In this document: positions 17,788 through 26,850 of the stretch, in pieces
Numbering within the stretch: position 1 is the stretch's first letter
How the letters are laid out: each line of letters begins with the position of its first letter
Assembly: GCA_964531975.1 (NCBI GenBank)
Contig: CAZHFU010000001.1
Location: forward strand, 11,051-75,050
Length of the DNA stretch: 64,000 bases
Direction of reading: 5' to 3'
Origin: an uncultured Anaerolinea sp.
Lineage (GTDB): Bacteria > Chloroflexota > Anaerolineae > Anaerolineales > UBA4823
The notes under the pieces: model-generated
Seen by the model: only the letters and a program-made list of their open reading frames with translations
Database searches by the model: none
What the model was told of the DNA's origin: nothing
Position numbers and translations under genes: made by a program

Positions 17788-19089
17788 ATGCAGCCCGTTT
17801 CGTCTTATCCTGGGCGCTCGCCGCGCCGACCGCGCTCCGCATACTCTAATATCCTGCGCAAGCTGGCGCTGTTCTTAACCGTGTTTGGCCCGGCGACAAT
17901 TACCGCCATGGCCGATAACGACGCGGGCGGGGTGGCGACTTATTCGATCGCCGGGGCGGCGCTGGGCTACCCAATATTATTCCTGCTCCTACCGATAACC
18001 ATTCTCCTGGCGATCACCCAAGAGATGGGCATGCGCTTGACGGTGGTCACGCGGCGCGGCCTGGCCGATCTGATTCGCGAGCGTTTTGGGCTGCGCGTGT
18101 CGGTGTTTATTTTTGGCTGCTTGCTGCTGGCGAATATGGGCACGCTGGTTACGGAGCTTTCGGCGGTAAAGACCACCAGTGCTCTGCTTAACATCCCGGC
18201 TGTGCCGGCAGTGTTGGCGATTGTGCTGATTTCCTTTTTGTTCATCACCCGCGGCAGCTATAAGCTTACCCAGAATATTATGCTGCTTTCGAGCATCTTC
18301 TACATCTCGTATATCATCTCGGCGGTCAAGGCGCGGCCCGATTGGGGGATGGCGCTGGGCAATATTTTTTATCCCCACGGCGTGGTATTTGACCAACAAT
18401 ATATGCTCCAATATCTTTTGATCGGGATGGGAGTGCTGGGCACTACTATTACGCCATGGGGGCAGTTTTTTGTGAGCAGCTTTGCTTACGACAAGAATAT
18501 TGACAAGAGCAAGATTTTCTTCGCGCAGATGGAGACGTATTGGGGGGCGTTTCTGACCGACTTCTTCTCATTCTTTATGATTATCGCGACTGCATCCACG
18601 CTCTTTGTGCATTCCATCCTGCTGGTTTCAGGGGAGCAGGCGGCGTTAGCCATCCAACCGTTCGCGGGGCGGCTGGCGGGCGAGTTGTTCGCCCTGGGTA
18701 TTCTTAACGCCGGTTTCATGGGGTTGGTGGTGGTTTCGCTCACCGGAGCATACGCCTTTGCCGAGTTCTTCGGACTTTCGGGCAGTCTTAACGCCACCTT
18801 TGGCGAGAGTAAAACCTTCTACTTGCTGTTTATTATCCAACTGGTGATTGCCACGGCGATTAGTTTGTTTCCGGGCGTCACCCTATTTAAGTTAGCCGTG
18901 GCAACGCAAACCCTGAATGCGATGATGCTGCCATTTGTGTTTTATTATTTGATTAAGCTCACCAGTGACAAGGAATTAATGGGCGGGTATGCCAACAACC
19001 GCTTTCAGAGGTATTTTGCGGTGATTTGCACCGTGGTCATTTTATTGGCTTCGGGCTTCACCCTGGCAGTTACGTTCTGGCCCAGGTAG
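17788..19089 (+). CDS. NRAMP/SLC11-family transporter with non-canonical metal-site residues (NRMT-like, candidate Mg2+ transporter)
   Basis: 433 aa from ATG 17788, with an AGGAGG RBS 9 nt upstream. It has ~11 TM segments. The TM1 motif is DNDAGGV where canonical NRAMPs have DPGN. The TM6 motif is GTTITPWGQ where canonical NRAMPs have GAxIMPHN. Confidence 0.8.
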   Translation: MQPVSSYPGRSPRRPRSAYSNILRKLALFLTVFGPATITAMADNDAGGVATYSIAGAALGYPILFLLLPITILLAITQEMGMRLTVVTRRGLADLIRERFGLRVSVFIFGCLLLANMGTLVTELSAVKTTSALLNIPAVPAVLAIVLISFLFITRGSYKLTQNIMLLSSIFYISYIISAVKARPDWGMALGNIFYPHGVVFDQQYMLQYLLIGMGVLGTTITPWGQFFVSSFAYDKNIDKSKIFFAQMETYWGAFLTDFFSFFMIIATASTLFVHSILLVSGEQAALAIQPFAGRLAGELFALGILNAGFMGLVVVSLTGAYAFAEFFGLSGSLNATFGESKTFYLLFIIQLVIATAISLFPGVTLFKLAVATQTLNAMMLPFVFYYLIKLTSDKELMGGYANNRFQRYFAVICTVVILLASGFTLAVTFWPR

Positions 19090-19185
19090 GGGGGATATGG
19101 CTGTGCAAGCGCGCTGCAACCATCTCCCGGCAGGCTCGGATGGGCCGGAAAGACCCGCCGCCAGAGCTGCCCAACCGCGCCGGGG

Positions 19186-20436
19186 TTACACAAGGGTGCG
19201 CAGCTTCGGGGCTTTGAGCAGCAATCCTAAGGCGAAGAACACCAGCACCGTCCCGCCGACTTGCAGGGCGGCGGGTTCGTTAATGTATTCCGCCAACCAA
19301 CCGATCAGGAGCGAACCCAGCGGCATAAAACTAAAAAAGGTCAAGCTGTACAGGCTGGAGACGCGCCCGCGCAATTCTTCTACTACGCTGGTTTGGATCA
19401 GCGAATTAGACAAATTATTAATCATCACGATAGCCACACCGATACCGGCCAAGAATATGAGGGAAAGGGGTAAACGCCGTGCAAAGGAGAAGGCCAGCAG
19501 CAGCAGTGGGAATGATAGGGTTCCCAGGGTGAGAATTTTCCCCCGGCTGCTGCTGCGCCCCATAGATGCAATCGCCAGCGCTCCCACCAGCGCCCCCACG
19601 CCCTGGCCGGAGCGCAGCAGTCCGTTTGTGGTCACATCCCCTTTTAGCACATCCACCGCCCAGGCCGGCAGCAGCGATTGAAAGGAATAGCCAAAGATGC
19701 TCATGCAAGCCATGATGATGAGCAGCAACAGGACGGTATGATTGCTGTGGATGACATAATCGATGCCCTGGCGAATATCTTTGAGCGCCGAACGGCCTTG
19801 CGACAGGCGTCCTGGTGTGGTGCGAGCGGGGAGCTTCATCAGCGCCAGCGCCAGGATGACGGCCAGAAAAGACACCCCATTGACCACAAAACACCAGGCG
19901 GGGCCAACCCAGGCATACAATAAGCCAGCGATGGTTGGGCCAATGATAGTGGCCAGGTTAAACATAGCGGAATTGAGGGCGATGGCGTTGGTAAGGTCTT
20001 CGGGCGAGACGAGTTCTGGCGCAAGAGACAGGCGGGCGGGCGCATCGAAGGCATTCACCACGCCCAGCACTGCCGAAAGCACTAAGATGTGCCAGGGCTG
20101 TACCAGGTTGGTAAACACCAGCCCGGCTAATATGAAAGCCAACACCAGCATAGCCACCTGGGTGACCAACATCAGCTTGCGCCGCGGCACACGATCGGCA
20201 ACGACCCCACCATACAACATGAGAATGCTGGGCACACCGGCCACAAAGCTGACATAGCCCAGGTAGGCGGGCGATTTGGTTAATTCGTAGATCAGAAAGC
20301 CTTGGGCGGTGTTCTGCATCCAGGTTCCGAACAATGAGACCACCTGACCGATAAACCACAGCCGGTAATTGGGGTGGCGCAGCGCTGCAAAGGTTTGCCC
20401 CATCCGAGATGATGCGGGCCGGGTTGAGATTGACAT
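19186..20436 (-). CDS. MFS transporter (12-TMS)
   Basis: 416 aa and hydrophobic throughout. The loop motif VADRVPRRKLM follows TM2. Confidence 0.85.
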   Translation of the reverse strand: MSISTRPASSRMGQTFAALRHPNYRLWFIGQVVSLFGTWMQNTAQGFLIYELTKSPAYLGYVSFVAGVPSILMLYGGVVADRVPRRKLMLVTQVAMLVLAFILAGLVFTNLVQPWHILVLSAVLGVVNAFDAPARLSLAPELVSPEDLTNAIALNSAMFNLATIIGPTIAGLLYAWVGPAWCFVVNGVSFLAVILALALMKLPARTTPGRLSQGRSALKDIRQGIDYVIHSNHTVLLLLIIMACMSIFGYSFQSLLPAWAVDVLKGDVTTNGLLRSGQGVGALVGALAIASMGRSSSRGKILTLGTLSFPLLLLAFSFARRLPLSLIFLAGIGVAIVMINNLSNSLIQTSVVEELRGRVSSLYSLTFFSFMPLGSLLIGWLAEYINEPAALQVGGTVLVFFALGLLLKAPKLRTLV

Positions 20437-20515
20437 TGGGCCAATTATACGCTTTTATCGGCGTTCACAGCCCGCGGCAAGGCGAAATACGAATATTCTT
20501 ATTCCACCAGGCTTT

Positions 20516-21982
20516 TCAATTGACGAGAACCGCCTGCGGTTTCTTTACCTGGGTGAGCGCCAGGGTGGAAAGCAAGAATAAGGCTGCGTAGATGCCGAAG
20601 ATCAGGGCGTAGCCGAGGCCGGGCAGCTGCGGAGCGACGCGAGTGAAGTGATCGGCGATGGGGCCGCCCAGGTAAGCGCCGCCTGCGCCGGCGCCTGCGC
20701 CGGCCAGATTGGCGATGCCCAGGTAACGCCCGGCTTGCCCTGGTTTAACTAATTCTGTGCCTAAAGCCCAGTTGGCGGTGTAAAAGGCCCCGGTGGCAAC
20801 GCCCACGAACGCGCCGGCCACGTATACCATGGTGAGGTTGGTTGACAAAGCCAATAGCACGCCACCGATGGCGGCTACCAGCCCACTGATGGCAGCCACC
20901 GGCTTACGTCCGATGCGGTCGCACAGCCGTCCAGACAGCGGTGCGGTGATGAGAATTAGCCCGCCGATAACGATAAACAAGTTCGCCACTGCCCCCGCCG
21001 CTGAAGTTTTGCTTAACCCCAGGCGGCCTTGTAAGAAGTAGATCGCAAAACTGGGGATATTGGTGGCTCCGACCAAAAAGGCCAGCCGGTTTATCACCCA
21101 CCAGACGAAAGATGAATTGCGGCGCGCTTCTTCGCCTAACGCCAACCCGGCCCCGGCTAAGACCCCCAGAATTACGGCCGCCGCCATCGCCGCCAGGCCG
21201 GCCAGTCCCATGCCCCACAGCGCCAGGCTAGAGCCGGCTCCGGCGGGGAACAGGCTGCTCAGCCGGCGCACCGCTTCTCCCAGGCCGAGGATAATGAGGG
21301 TGAAGGCGGCGGTCATCAGCGCCAGGCGGGCCAGGGGAGCAAAGTCCAGCGGGGCGGGTTTGTCTTCGAGCTGCTTTTCGGGCGCAAACATTGTAATCAG
21401 CATGGTGGTCAGCAGCACGGCGATGAGCACCCCAATCGCCGGCCAGAAATGTCCACCGGCGATTAGTTTACCGATAGTGAGCGATGTGAATATGAATGGA
21501 ATGGGCACTTCTAAGACGGCCTTGATAGACGAGAACAGCCCGCGCTTGTTTTCGGGAACCAGGTCTGGAATCAGGCCCTGCTGCGCCCCATGGGCGGTGT
21601 TGGAGGTAACCATCATTAAAATGAGCAGGCTGAATAAGGTCCAGTAACCCACGTCGCCTTGCAGGTTAGAGGTCAGGCCAATTGCGATCACCACCACCAC
21701 CGTCGCCAGTGTTCCGGCCATGATGAAGGGACGGCGGCGGCCCCAGGGCAGGCGGCTGCGATCTGAGAGCATGCCCATCATGGCTTGCATAAGCAGGGCG
21801 GTCATCAACGTCCATAAACGGATGGCCCCGTAGGCGCTAGCCTGGCGCTGCTCGCCCACGAACTGCTGCACCAGCAGCGGAACCACCAGGGGCGTCATCG
21901 TTTGGGAGAGGGTGGACAGGCCGGTATAATAAATGTTGATGATGATGGTATCGAACCCACGCAGAGGGCGGCTAGTTAGCAT
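20516..21982 (-). CDS. MFS transporter
   Basis: 488 aa, polytopic, with the loop motif LSDRSRLPWGRRRPF. The substrate is unknown; it has a glycoside/cation-symporter-like flavour. Confidence 0.8.
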   Translation of the reverse strand: MLTSRPLRGFDTIIINIYYTGLSTLSQTMTPLVVPLLVQQFVGEQRQASAYGAIRLWTLMTALLMQAMMGMLSDRSRLPWGRRRPFIMAGTLATVVVVIAIGLTSNLQGDVGYWTLFSLLILMMVTSNTAHGAQQGLIPDLVPENKRGLFSSIKAVLEVPIPFIFTSLTIGKLIAGGHFWPAIGVLIAVLLTTMLITMFAPEKQLEDKPAPLDFAPLARLALMTAAFTLIILGLGEAVRRLSSLFPAGAGSSLALWGMGLAGLAAMAAAVILGVLAGAGLALGEEARRNSSFVWWVINRLAFLVGATNIPSFAIYFLQGRLGLSKTSAAGAVANLFIVIGGLILITAPLSGRLCDRIGRKPVAAISGLVAAIGGVLLALSTNLTMVYVAGAFVGVATGAFYTANWALGTELVKPGQAGRYLGIANLAGAGAGAGGAYLGGPIADHFTRVAPQLPGLGYALIFGIYAALFLLSTLALTQVKKPQAVLVN

Positions 21983-22754
21983 GGTGGTTTCCAGTCTGTG
22001 ATGATGGGTTTAGGTGCAGCCGATGGAGAAATGCCAGGGTGAGGGTTACGGTTTGTTCCCATTCCCTATCGAGGATAATGCAGTGAGCCGATTGATCTAA
22101 CCAGTGGGTTTCGATCACCTCGGATCGAATGGCCGATGCAATTTGCTGCGGCACGTGGGGGTCTACCGTGCGATCCAGCCGACCTTGCAGAATGAGGGCC
22201 GGCTGCGTGACCAGATGCAGCCCCGGCTTAACTTCTTTTTGCAGAGCCAGCAGCTGTTTCACGCCTTTGAGCGGGTTAACCGGGTAGCCTTGCCATGGCG
22301 TATGCGCATCCATGTTGGGCTTGGGAAGCCAGGGAACGAAAGGCGCGGCCAGGCGCAGACGCAGCTCATCCACGGGGCGCATGTTGAGTTTGAGCGCCAC
22401 AGCGTAGAGCAGCAGGGCGGCGATTTCGGGGTGGCGCTGCGCCAGGTAGAGCGAGAGCAGCCCGCCGGTGGATTCGCCGCCGACGATGATTTGCCCGGTA
22501 CGGGAGCGCAGCGCCTGGTAGGCGTCCTCCACCGTTTCGACCCAATCTTGCCAGCGGACACGGTTGAGGTCGGACGGATGAGTGTAATGGCCCGGAAGCA
22601 GGGGGGCGGAAATGCTGTAGCCGGCCTGGTTCAGGCGTTCGGCCAGGGGGCGCACTTCGGCGGTGGTGGCGGTGAAGCCATGAATAAGCAAAATTCCTGG
22701 CGACCCGCCCGGTAAGTCGAACGGGCCGCCTTGAAGGTGTGGGTTGACAATCAT
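21972..22754 (-). CDS. alpha/beta-fold hydrolase (carboxylesterase/lipase-like)
   Basis: 260 aa. It has the oxyanion region LLIHGFT and the nucleophile elbow GGESTGG (GxSxG). Its 3' end overlaps the downstream MFS start by 11 nt. Confidence 0.85.
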   Translation of the reverse strand: MIVNPHLQGGPFDLPGGSPGILLIHGFTATTAEVRPLAERLNQAGYSISAPLLPGHYTHPSDLNRVRWQDWVETVEDAYQALRSRTGQIIVGGESTGGLLSLYLAQRHPEIAALLLYAVALKLNMRPVDELRLRLAAPFVPWLPKPNMDAHTPWQGYPVNPLKGVKQLLALQKEVKPGLHLVTQPALILQGRLDRTVDPHVPQQIASAIRSEVIETHWLDQSAHCIILDREWEQTVTLTLAFLHRLHLNPSSQTGNHHAN

Positions 22755-22758
22755 CGCT

Positions 22759-24105
22759 TTAGCGATAGATCAACATATTGATCCAACCGGCGGCGTCTTG
22801 TCCTTTTTCGGAGTAGCCGCGCACCCGGAAGGTAAACATGACATATTGGTTCGTGAAGTCAAACGCTCCGCCGCTAATCGATTGATCGATCAGGGTGTGG
22901 ATCACGCCGTCATACACTTCATTAAACTCTGGGGTGAGGGGCGTCTTGGCTCCCCCCAGGAATTGGTAGAGAATTTGGAAGGTGACATTGCATTTTTCGT
23001 ACCCGGACAGGCATCCCACTGAAGCCCGGATGCGATCTCCGTTTTGGATGAGAAGAGCAGTGAAAGTGCCGCTAATTTCGCGATTCCCGCTGGTGGGAGG
23101 GCTGGTCCATAACACTCTTGGATAAGTTACGCCGTCTTCCATGGTGGCCGGGAAGTTCTTCTTGCCGATTTTTGCGGGGAGCGAGGCCAGGAAGCCGCTG
23201 TTGCTCAGGAATGGACCAGGGCATTTCAGGTTTTTGCTCCCAACCTTCCAGGAAGCATCGCACAGGCGTTTCTTGTTTGAAAAATCCCAAATTTCTCCGG
23301 TGGTATTTGCAGAAATGAAGTTGACCGAAAAGTAAGCCTCATCGGCGGGGGTGATGAAGTTGGCTTTATCAATGCGAATAATGAAGCCTTCAAAATATTT
23401 GCCTGGTGTAATCGGGGCCACTAAGGTAATGGCGAAATCGGCCTCTTTGCCTGGCTCAACTTCCGTGCCAACAGGGGCGGAGATTCCATCCCACAGGGAG
23501 TTTTTGGTAGATTTTGCCGCCACCATGCGGGTGGTAATGGGCCATGTGCAGCTACCGGTATTTTTAACGCGCCAAATTTTGGTGAAGACGGTTCCGGGGC
23601 GAAGAATTTCCCCATCGGGGATGGTGAGGTTGCGTGAAAGCGCCGCCCGGTAACAGGGCACGGAATTTCCTGTGCCCCCGCTGCCGCCCCCGCTGCCGCC
23701 ACCGCTGCTCGATCCGCCGGATGATGATCCCCCTCCGCCTACGATCCGACCGGTTGGGGTGGGGAAAGGCGTGATGCTAGGGGTGATGGTGGGCGTCTCG
23801 GTTGGGAGAGGCGTTATCATGGGCACTTCTGTATTTGTTGGCGAGGGGGTGACGCCCTCGCTCCACAGTGTTGGAGTGGGCATGGGCGTGTTGGTTGGGG
23901 GTGCGACCGTAAAGGTGGGGGTGGCGGAGAGGAAGGCCATGGTTTCCATAGCAGACCAGGTTCGGGCCGCGGCGGTGGACGGCCAACCGGGTATATCGGC
24001 CACGGGGTTGACCGCGGTGGTAAGGGTGCAGGCCAGGACGGTGAAGAAGCTTAGCGCCAAGAACACCAGGCGTCGCCAGGGTTTAGCCGTGCCGTTTGTA
24101 AACAT
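22759..24105 (-). CDS. lipoprotein with NBR1-FW (N_BRCA1_IG-like) domain plus unknown C-terminal beta-rich domain (paralogue 1)
   Basis: 448 aa. Layers in order: signal peptide with lipobox VLAC, a Pro/Thr linker, a Gly/Ser run (GGGGSSSGGSSSGGGSGGGSGG), then PDGEILRPGTVFTKIWRVKNTGSCTW. Confidence 0.75.
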   Translation of the reverse strand: MFTNGTAKPWRRLVFLALSFFTVLACTLTTAVNPVADIPGWPSTAAARTWSAMETMAFLSATPTFTVAPPTNTPMPTPTLWSEGVTPSPTNTEVPMITPLPTETPTITPSITPFPTPTGRIVGGGGSSSGGSSSGGGSGGGSGGTGNSVPCYRAALSRNLTIPDGEILRPGTVFTKIWRVKNTGSCTWPITTRMVAAKSTKNSLWDGISAPVGTEVEPGKEADFAITLVAPITPGKYFEGFIIRIDKANFITPADEAYFSVNFISANTTGEIWDFSNKKRLCDASWKVGSKNLKCPGPFLSNSGFLASLPAKIGKKNFPATMEDGVTYPRVLWTSPPTSGNREISGTFTALLIQNGDRIRASVGCLSGYEKCNVTFQILYQFLGGAKTPLTPEFNEVYDGVIHTLIDQSISGGAFDFTNQYVMFTFRVRGYSEKGQDAAGWINMLIYR

Positions 24106-24180
24106 CGCGCCTCCTTAAAGTTATATGAATACATCCTTAGTATAGGCAATAAAGCCGTTGATGACAAGGGGTAAAAGCGT

Positions 24181-24219
24181 AAAAAATCCCTGGCCGCCAG
24201 ATGGTAGACCAGGGATTTT
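24181..24219 (-). terminator. Rho-independent terminator after paralogue 2
   Basis: 11-bp stem: AAAATCCCTGG (24183-24193) pairs with CCAGGGATTTT (24209-24219). On the minus strand the hairpin is followed by a T run. It lies ~50 nt downstream of the stop at 24269. Confidence 0.7.
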
Positions 24220-24268
24220 GCACAATCAATGGGGGACGATTTCACGAATCGTATTTTTTGCAGTGCGG

Positions 24269-24922
24269 TCAGGATGGGGGCGCCGGGGTGGGCGGTTTGG
24301 TGACGATGGAGACGGAAATAGGCTGGGAGCCATCGCTCCCCACGCCAAACAGGCTTCCATCGGGGGCTTGCAGCATCCAGCTGCCCACAAATGCGCCGGT
24401 TTCCGCCGGGGTGGTCAGGTTCAGGCGCAGGTCGATGGTGGCGCCGGGCGGTGTTTCGGCGGAAAGCGCCATCGTGGCCGGCCCATTGAAAGCCTGCCCG
24501 GTGATAAACACCAGCTGATAGGCGGTTGTCCAGGTGCAGGTTCCAATGTTCTTGATCTGCCAAATTTTGGCGAAGGTCTGGTTTGCGCTAAGCAGGGTGT
24601 TATCGCTAACCGACAGGTGTTTGATAAATTCGGCGATGTTGGTGCAGCTGGGGGTGGGGGAGGCGCTATCGCTGGAAGGGGCCGAGGCGGTGGGTCGGGG
24701 GGTGAAGGTAGGAAAAGGGGTGGGGGTGGGGGCTGGGGTAAAGGTGGGCGGTATGGCGGTGGGGGGCATGCCGGTTAGCACGGTGTCCAGGTTCAGCATA
24801 CGCACTGCCTCGTCGGTAGGAACATCGCCGCCATCGTTTGCGGGCACAGTCGCCGCCGGCGCACATGCGGCCAGTAAAACCAGTAAGCTAACTATCAGTA
24901 AAGCAATGCGTTTCAAGTTCAA
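24269..24922 (-). CDS. lipoprotein with NBR1-FW-like domain (paralogue 2)
   Basis: 217 aa. Lipobox LLAAC, a Pro/Thr-rich linker, then CTNIAEFIKHLSVSDNTLLSANQTFAKIWQIKNIGTCTW. Confidence 0.8.
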   Translation of the reverse strand: MNLKRIALLIVSLLVLLAACAPAATVPANDGGDVPTDEAVRMLNLDTVLTGMPPTAIPPTFTPAPTPTPFPTFTPRPTASAPSSDSASPTPSCTNIAEFIKHLSVSDNTLLSANQTFAKIWQIKNIGTCTWTTAYQLVFITGQAFNGPATMALSAETPPGATIDLRLNLTTPAETGAFVGSWMLQAPDGSLFGVGSDGSQPISVSIVTKPPTPAPPS

Positions 24923-25068
24923 CCTCCATCATTTATGGAAAAACAAGCCCATTAAACCACACTTTAGCCGTTTTGTTTCAAGCGGTTTAAGGGTTGAACG
25001 GCCTGGCCGATGTTTGGTATCTGTTGTGTTGAGGCGAAGCGGCGCAACGCGCCGCGGGGCGAGCGTTA

Positions 25069-25899
25069 TCAGCCGCAGTTGTAATTGAATGGTTTTGGCC
25101 CGTCGGGGTCGCGCACCACCAGGCTAAGGGTAAGGGGTTGATCGAAGGTTGGGCCAACCCCAAACAGCCTGCCGGCGGCATCTTGCAGCAGCCATTGGCC
25201 AAGGTAATCGCCGGGGGTAAGCGGGGCCGCCAGGCTGAGATGAATGTCTAAAGTTTGCCCTGGCCCGGTTTCACCTGTAAAGTACTGCTGCTGTGGATTG
25301 CGCCAGTCCTCCCCGGACTGCCACACCAGGCTGTAAGATGTGTTCCAGGTGCAATCGCCAACGTTGCGGATGCGCCACACTTTGCCAAAGGCCGTGAGGG
25401 GCATGAGGGCGGTGTGATCGGAGATAGAGAGATGCCGTACAAACTCGGCGCGATTTGAGCAAGTTGATTGCGGGTTTGAACCTGGCCCGATGGGGGAGGG
25501 GGTGAAGGCCGGGGCGACCGGCGCGGCGGCCGTGGGATGGTTGGAGGTGGGCGGTGCGAGAGCGGCCTGCCCGGCAGCGGTGGGCCGGGGCGCGGTTGGA
25601 GTGAGCCGCGCAGCCGGGGGGGCGAACCTCGTCTCGTCTGCGCAGGGCGTCAGGAGGTTGCCAACCTTACACATTCCGCCGGTGGTTGAGGCGTTGGCGG
25701 TGGTAAAAGCATCTTGGGGAGAGGGGGCAGGCGGTTTGGGGTCATCGGCGGGCGAGGGGTGATTAAACAGGCCGCCGGGCTGCTGCATGGCGGCGCTTGT
25801 CCATCCCCCCGGCTGAGCAGTTGGGTCTGTGAGCGCGGCGGAAGAACAGGCCGCCAACGAACCGAGCGCCACGAGCAGCCAAAACAATCGTTTAACCAT
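25069..25899 (-). CDS. lipoprotein with NBR1-FW-like domain (paralogue 3)
   Basis: 276 aa. Lipobox SLAAC, a long Pro/Ala linker, then CSNRAEFVRHLSISDHTALMPLTAFGKVWRIRNVGDCTW. Confidence 0.8.
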   Translation of the reverse strand: MVKRLFWLLVALGSLAACSSAALTDPTAQPGGWTSAAMQQPGGLFNHPSPADDPKPPAPSPQDAFTTANASTTGGMCKVGNLLTPCADETRFAPPAARLTPTAPRPTAAGQAALAPPTSNHPTAAAPVAPAFTPSPIGPGSNPQSTCSNRAEFVRHLSISDHTALMPLTAFGKVWRIRNVGDCTWNTSYSLVWQSGEDWRNPQQQYFTGETGPGQTLDIHLSLAAPLTPGDYLGQWLLQDAAGRLFGVGPTFDQPLTLSLVVRDPDGPKPFNYNCG

Positions 25900-25963
25900 T
25901 CCCGCACCTCGAGTAAATTTTGGTCAACGCACCGGCGTCACGCGCCGGCATGCTTTAGCGTTG

Positions 25964-26668
25964 TCAGCCGCCGCCGCCGCAGAAGCCGCCATTGGGATAC
26001 TGCCCGCCGGCCACTTCTATCGAAACCCAAAAGGCGTTCTGTCCCTCCTTGCCGGTTCCGAAATAGGTTCCTGAAGGATCGCGGAACATCCAATTGCTTT
26101 TATAGGAGCCATCGGCTTCGGGGCAGGCGAAGGGAATAGAGATGTCCACTGTTTTTCCGGGCGGCACTTCTTGCCCCAGCAGCATCATTTCAACCAGGCC
26201 CAAGGGGTCCCCACCAACATACACTAATTGATAATCTTTTGTCCAGGTACAAGAGCCGATGTTTTTGAAACGCCAGGTTTTGATAAAGCTCGATTTGCTT
26301 TTTAGACGTGTGTTATCGGGGATATTGACATCGTCTACGAATTCAGCCGCATTTTCGCAATCAAGATTATCCTGGCGGATTTGATCGTTGATCTTTAAAG
26401 GCGTGGGCTGCGCTGGGGAGGCGGACTCTGGCGGAGGCAAAGGGAGAGACGCCGGCTGAGCGGCGGTGGGTTCCACCCTGCTCGCCGCCGGCGCAGTGGT
26501 GGGTGAGGGTTGGAAGGGCCGCCCGATGCCATGTTGGGCGGTGAGGGTTTGTACTGCCAGGGTGGCTTCCAGGCCTGGAATAGACGGTGGGGCTGTCTTC
26601 TCTCCACTGCATGCGGCTAAAGCCAGCCCCGCCAAAGTTACTAGTAACAGAAAGCGCATCGGTTGCAT
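25964..26668 (-). CDS. lipoprotein with NBR1-FW-like domain (paralogue 4)
   Basis: 234 aa. Lipobox ALAAC, a Pro/Ala linker, then CENAAEFVDDVNIPDNTRLKSKSSFIKTWRFKNIGSCTW...LVYVGGDPLG. Confidence 0.8.
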   Translation of the reverse strand: MQPMRFLLLVTLAGLALAACSGEKTAPPSIPGLEATLAVQTLTAQHGIGRPFQPSPTTAPAASRVEPTAAQPASLPLPPPESASPAQPTPLKINDQIRQDNLDCENAAEFVDDVNIPDNTRLKSKSSFIKTWRFKNIGSCTWTKDYQLVYVGGDPLGLVEMMLLGQEVPPGKTVDISIPFACPEADGSYKSNWMFRDPSGTYFGTGKEGQNAFWVSIEVAGGQYPNGGFCGGGG

Positions 26669-26790
26669 GGCAGGCTCCTCGGGTCAACGAATAAGGGGTT
26701 TCAATAATGGTTTGCGTACTGCTGATATTATACACCCATCTTTGCAGCAGGCAGCGTGTGCCATAAACAGCGGTAGAGCAGCAATTAGCA

Positions 26791-26829
26791 AGAGAGGGGG
26801 CAAGGCCGGTTGGCGCTTGCCCCCTCTCT
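26791..26829 (-). terminator. strong hairpin terminator closing the hydrogenase/FDH operon
   Basis: 14-bp perfect stem: AGAGAGGGGGCAAG (26791-26804) pairs with CTTGCCCCCTCTCT (26816-26829), with an 11-nt loop. It starts ~22 nt after the fdhA stop (26851). The U-tract on the minus strand is weak (TTGCTAATTG). Confidence 0.6.
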
Positions 26830-26850
26830 ACACATTTTATGAGGCGAGGA

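Noticed and set aside
23672-24778. Gly/Pro/Val-rich plus-strand ORFs (23672..24118, 24158..24778, 24534..25088) opposite the lipoprotein array.
   Set aside because: They are the complements of the Pro/Thr/Ser/Gly linker-coding regions. They have no start context or domain, and the minus-strand proteins have coherent signal peptide, linker and domain architecture.
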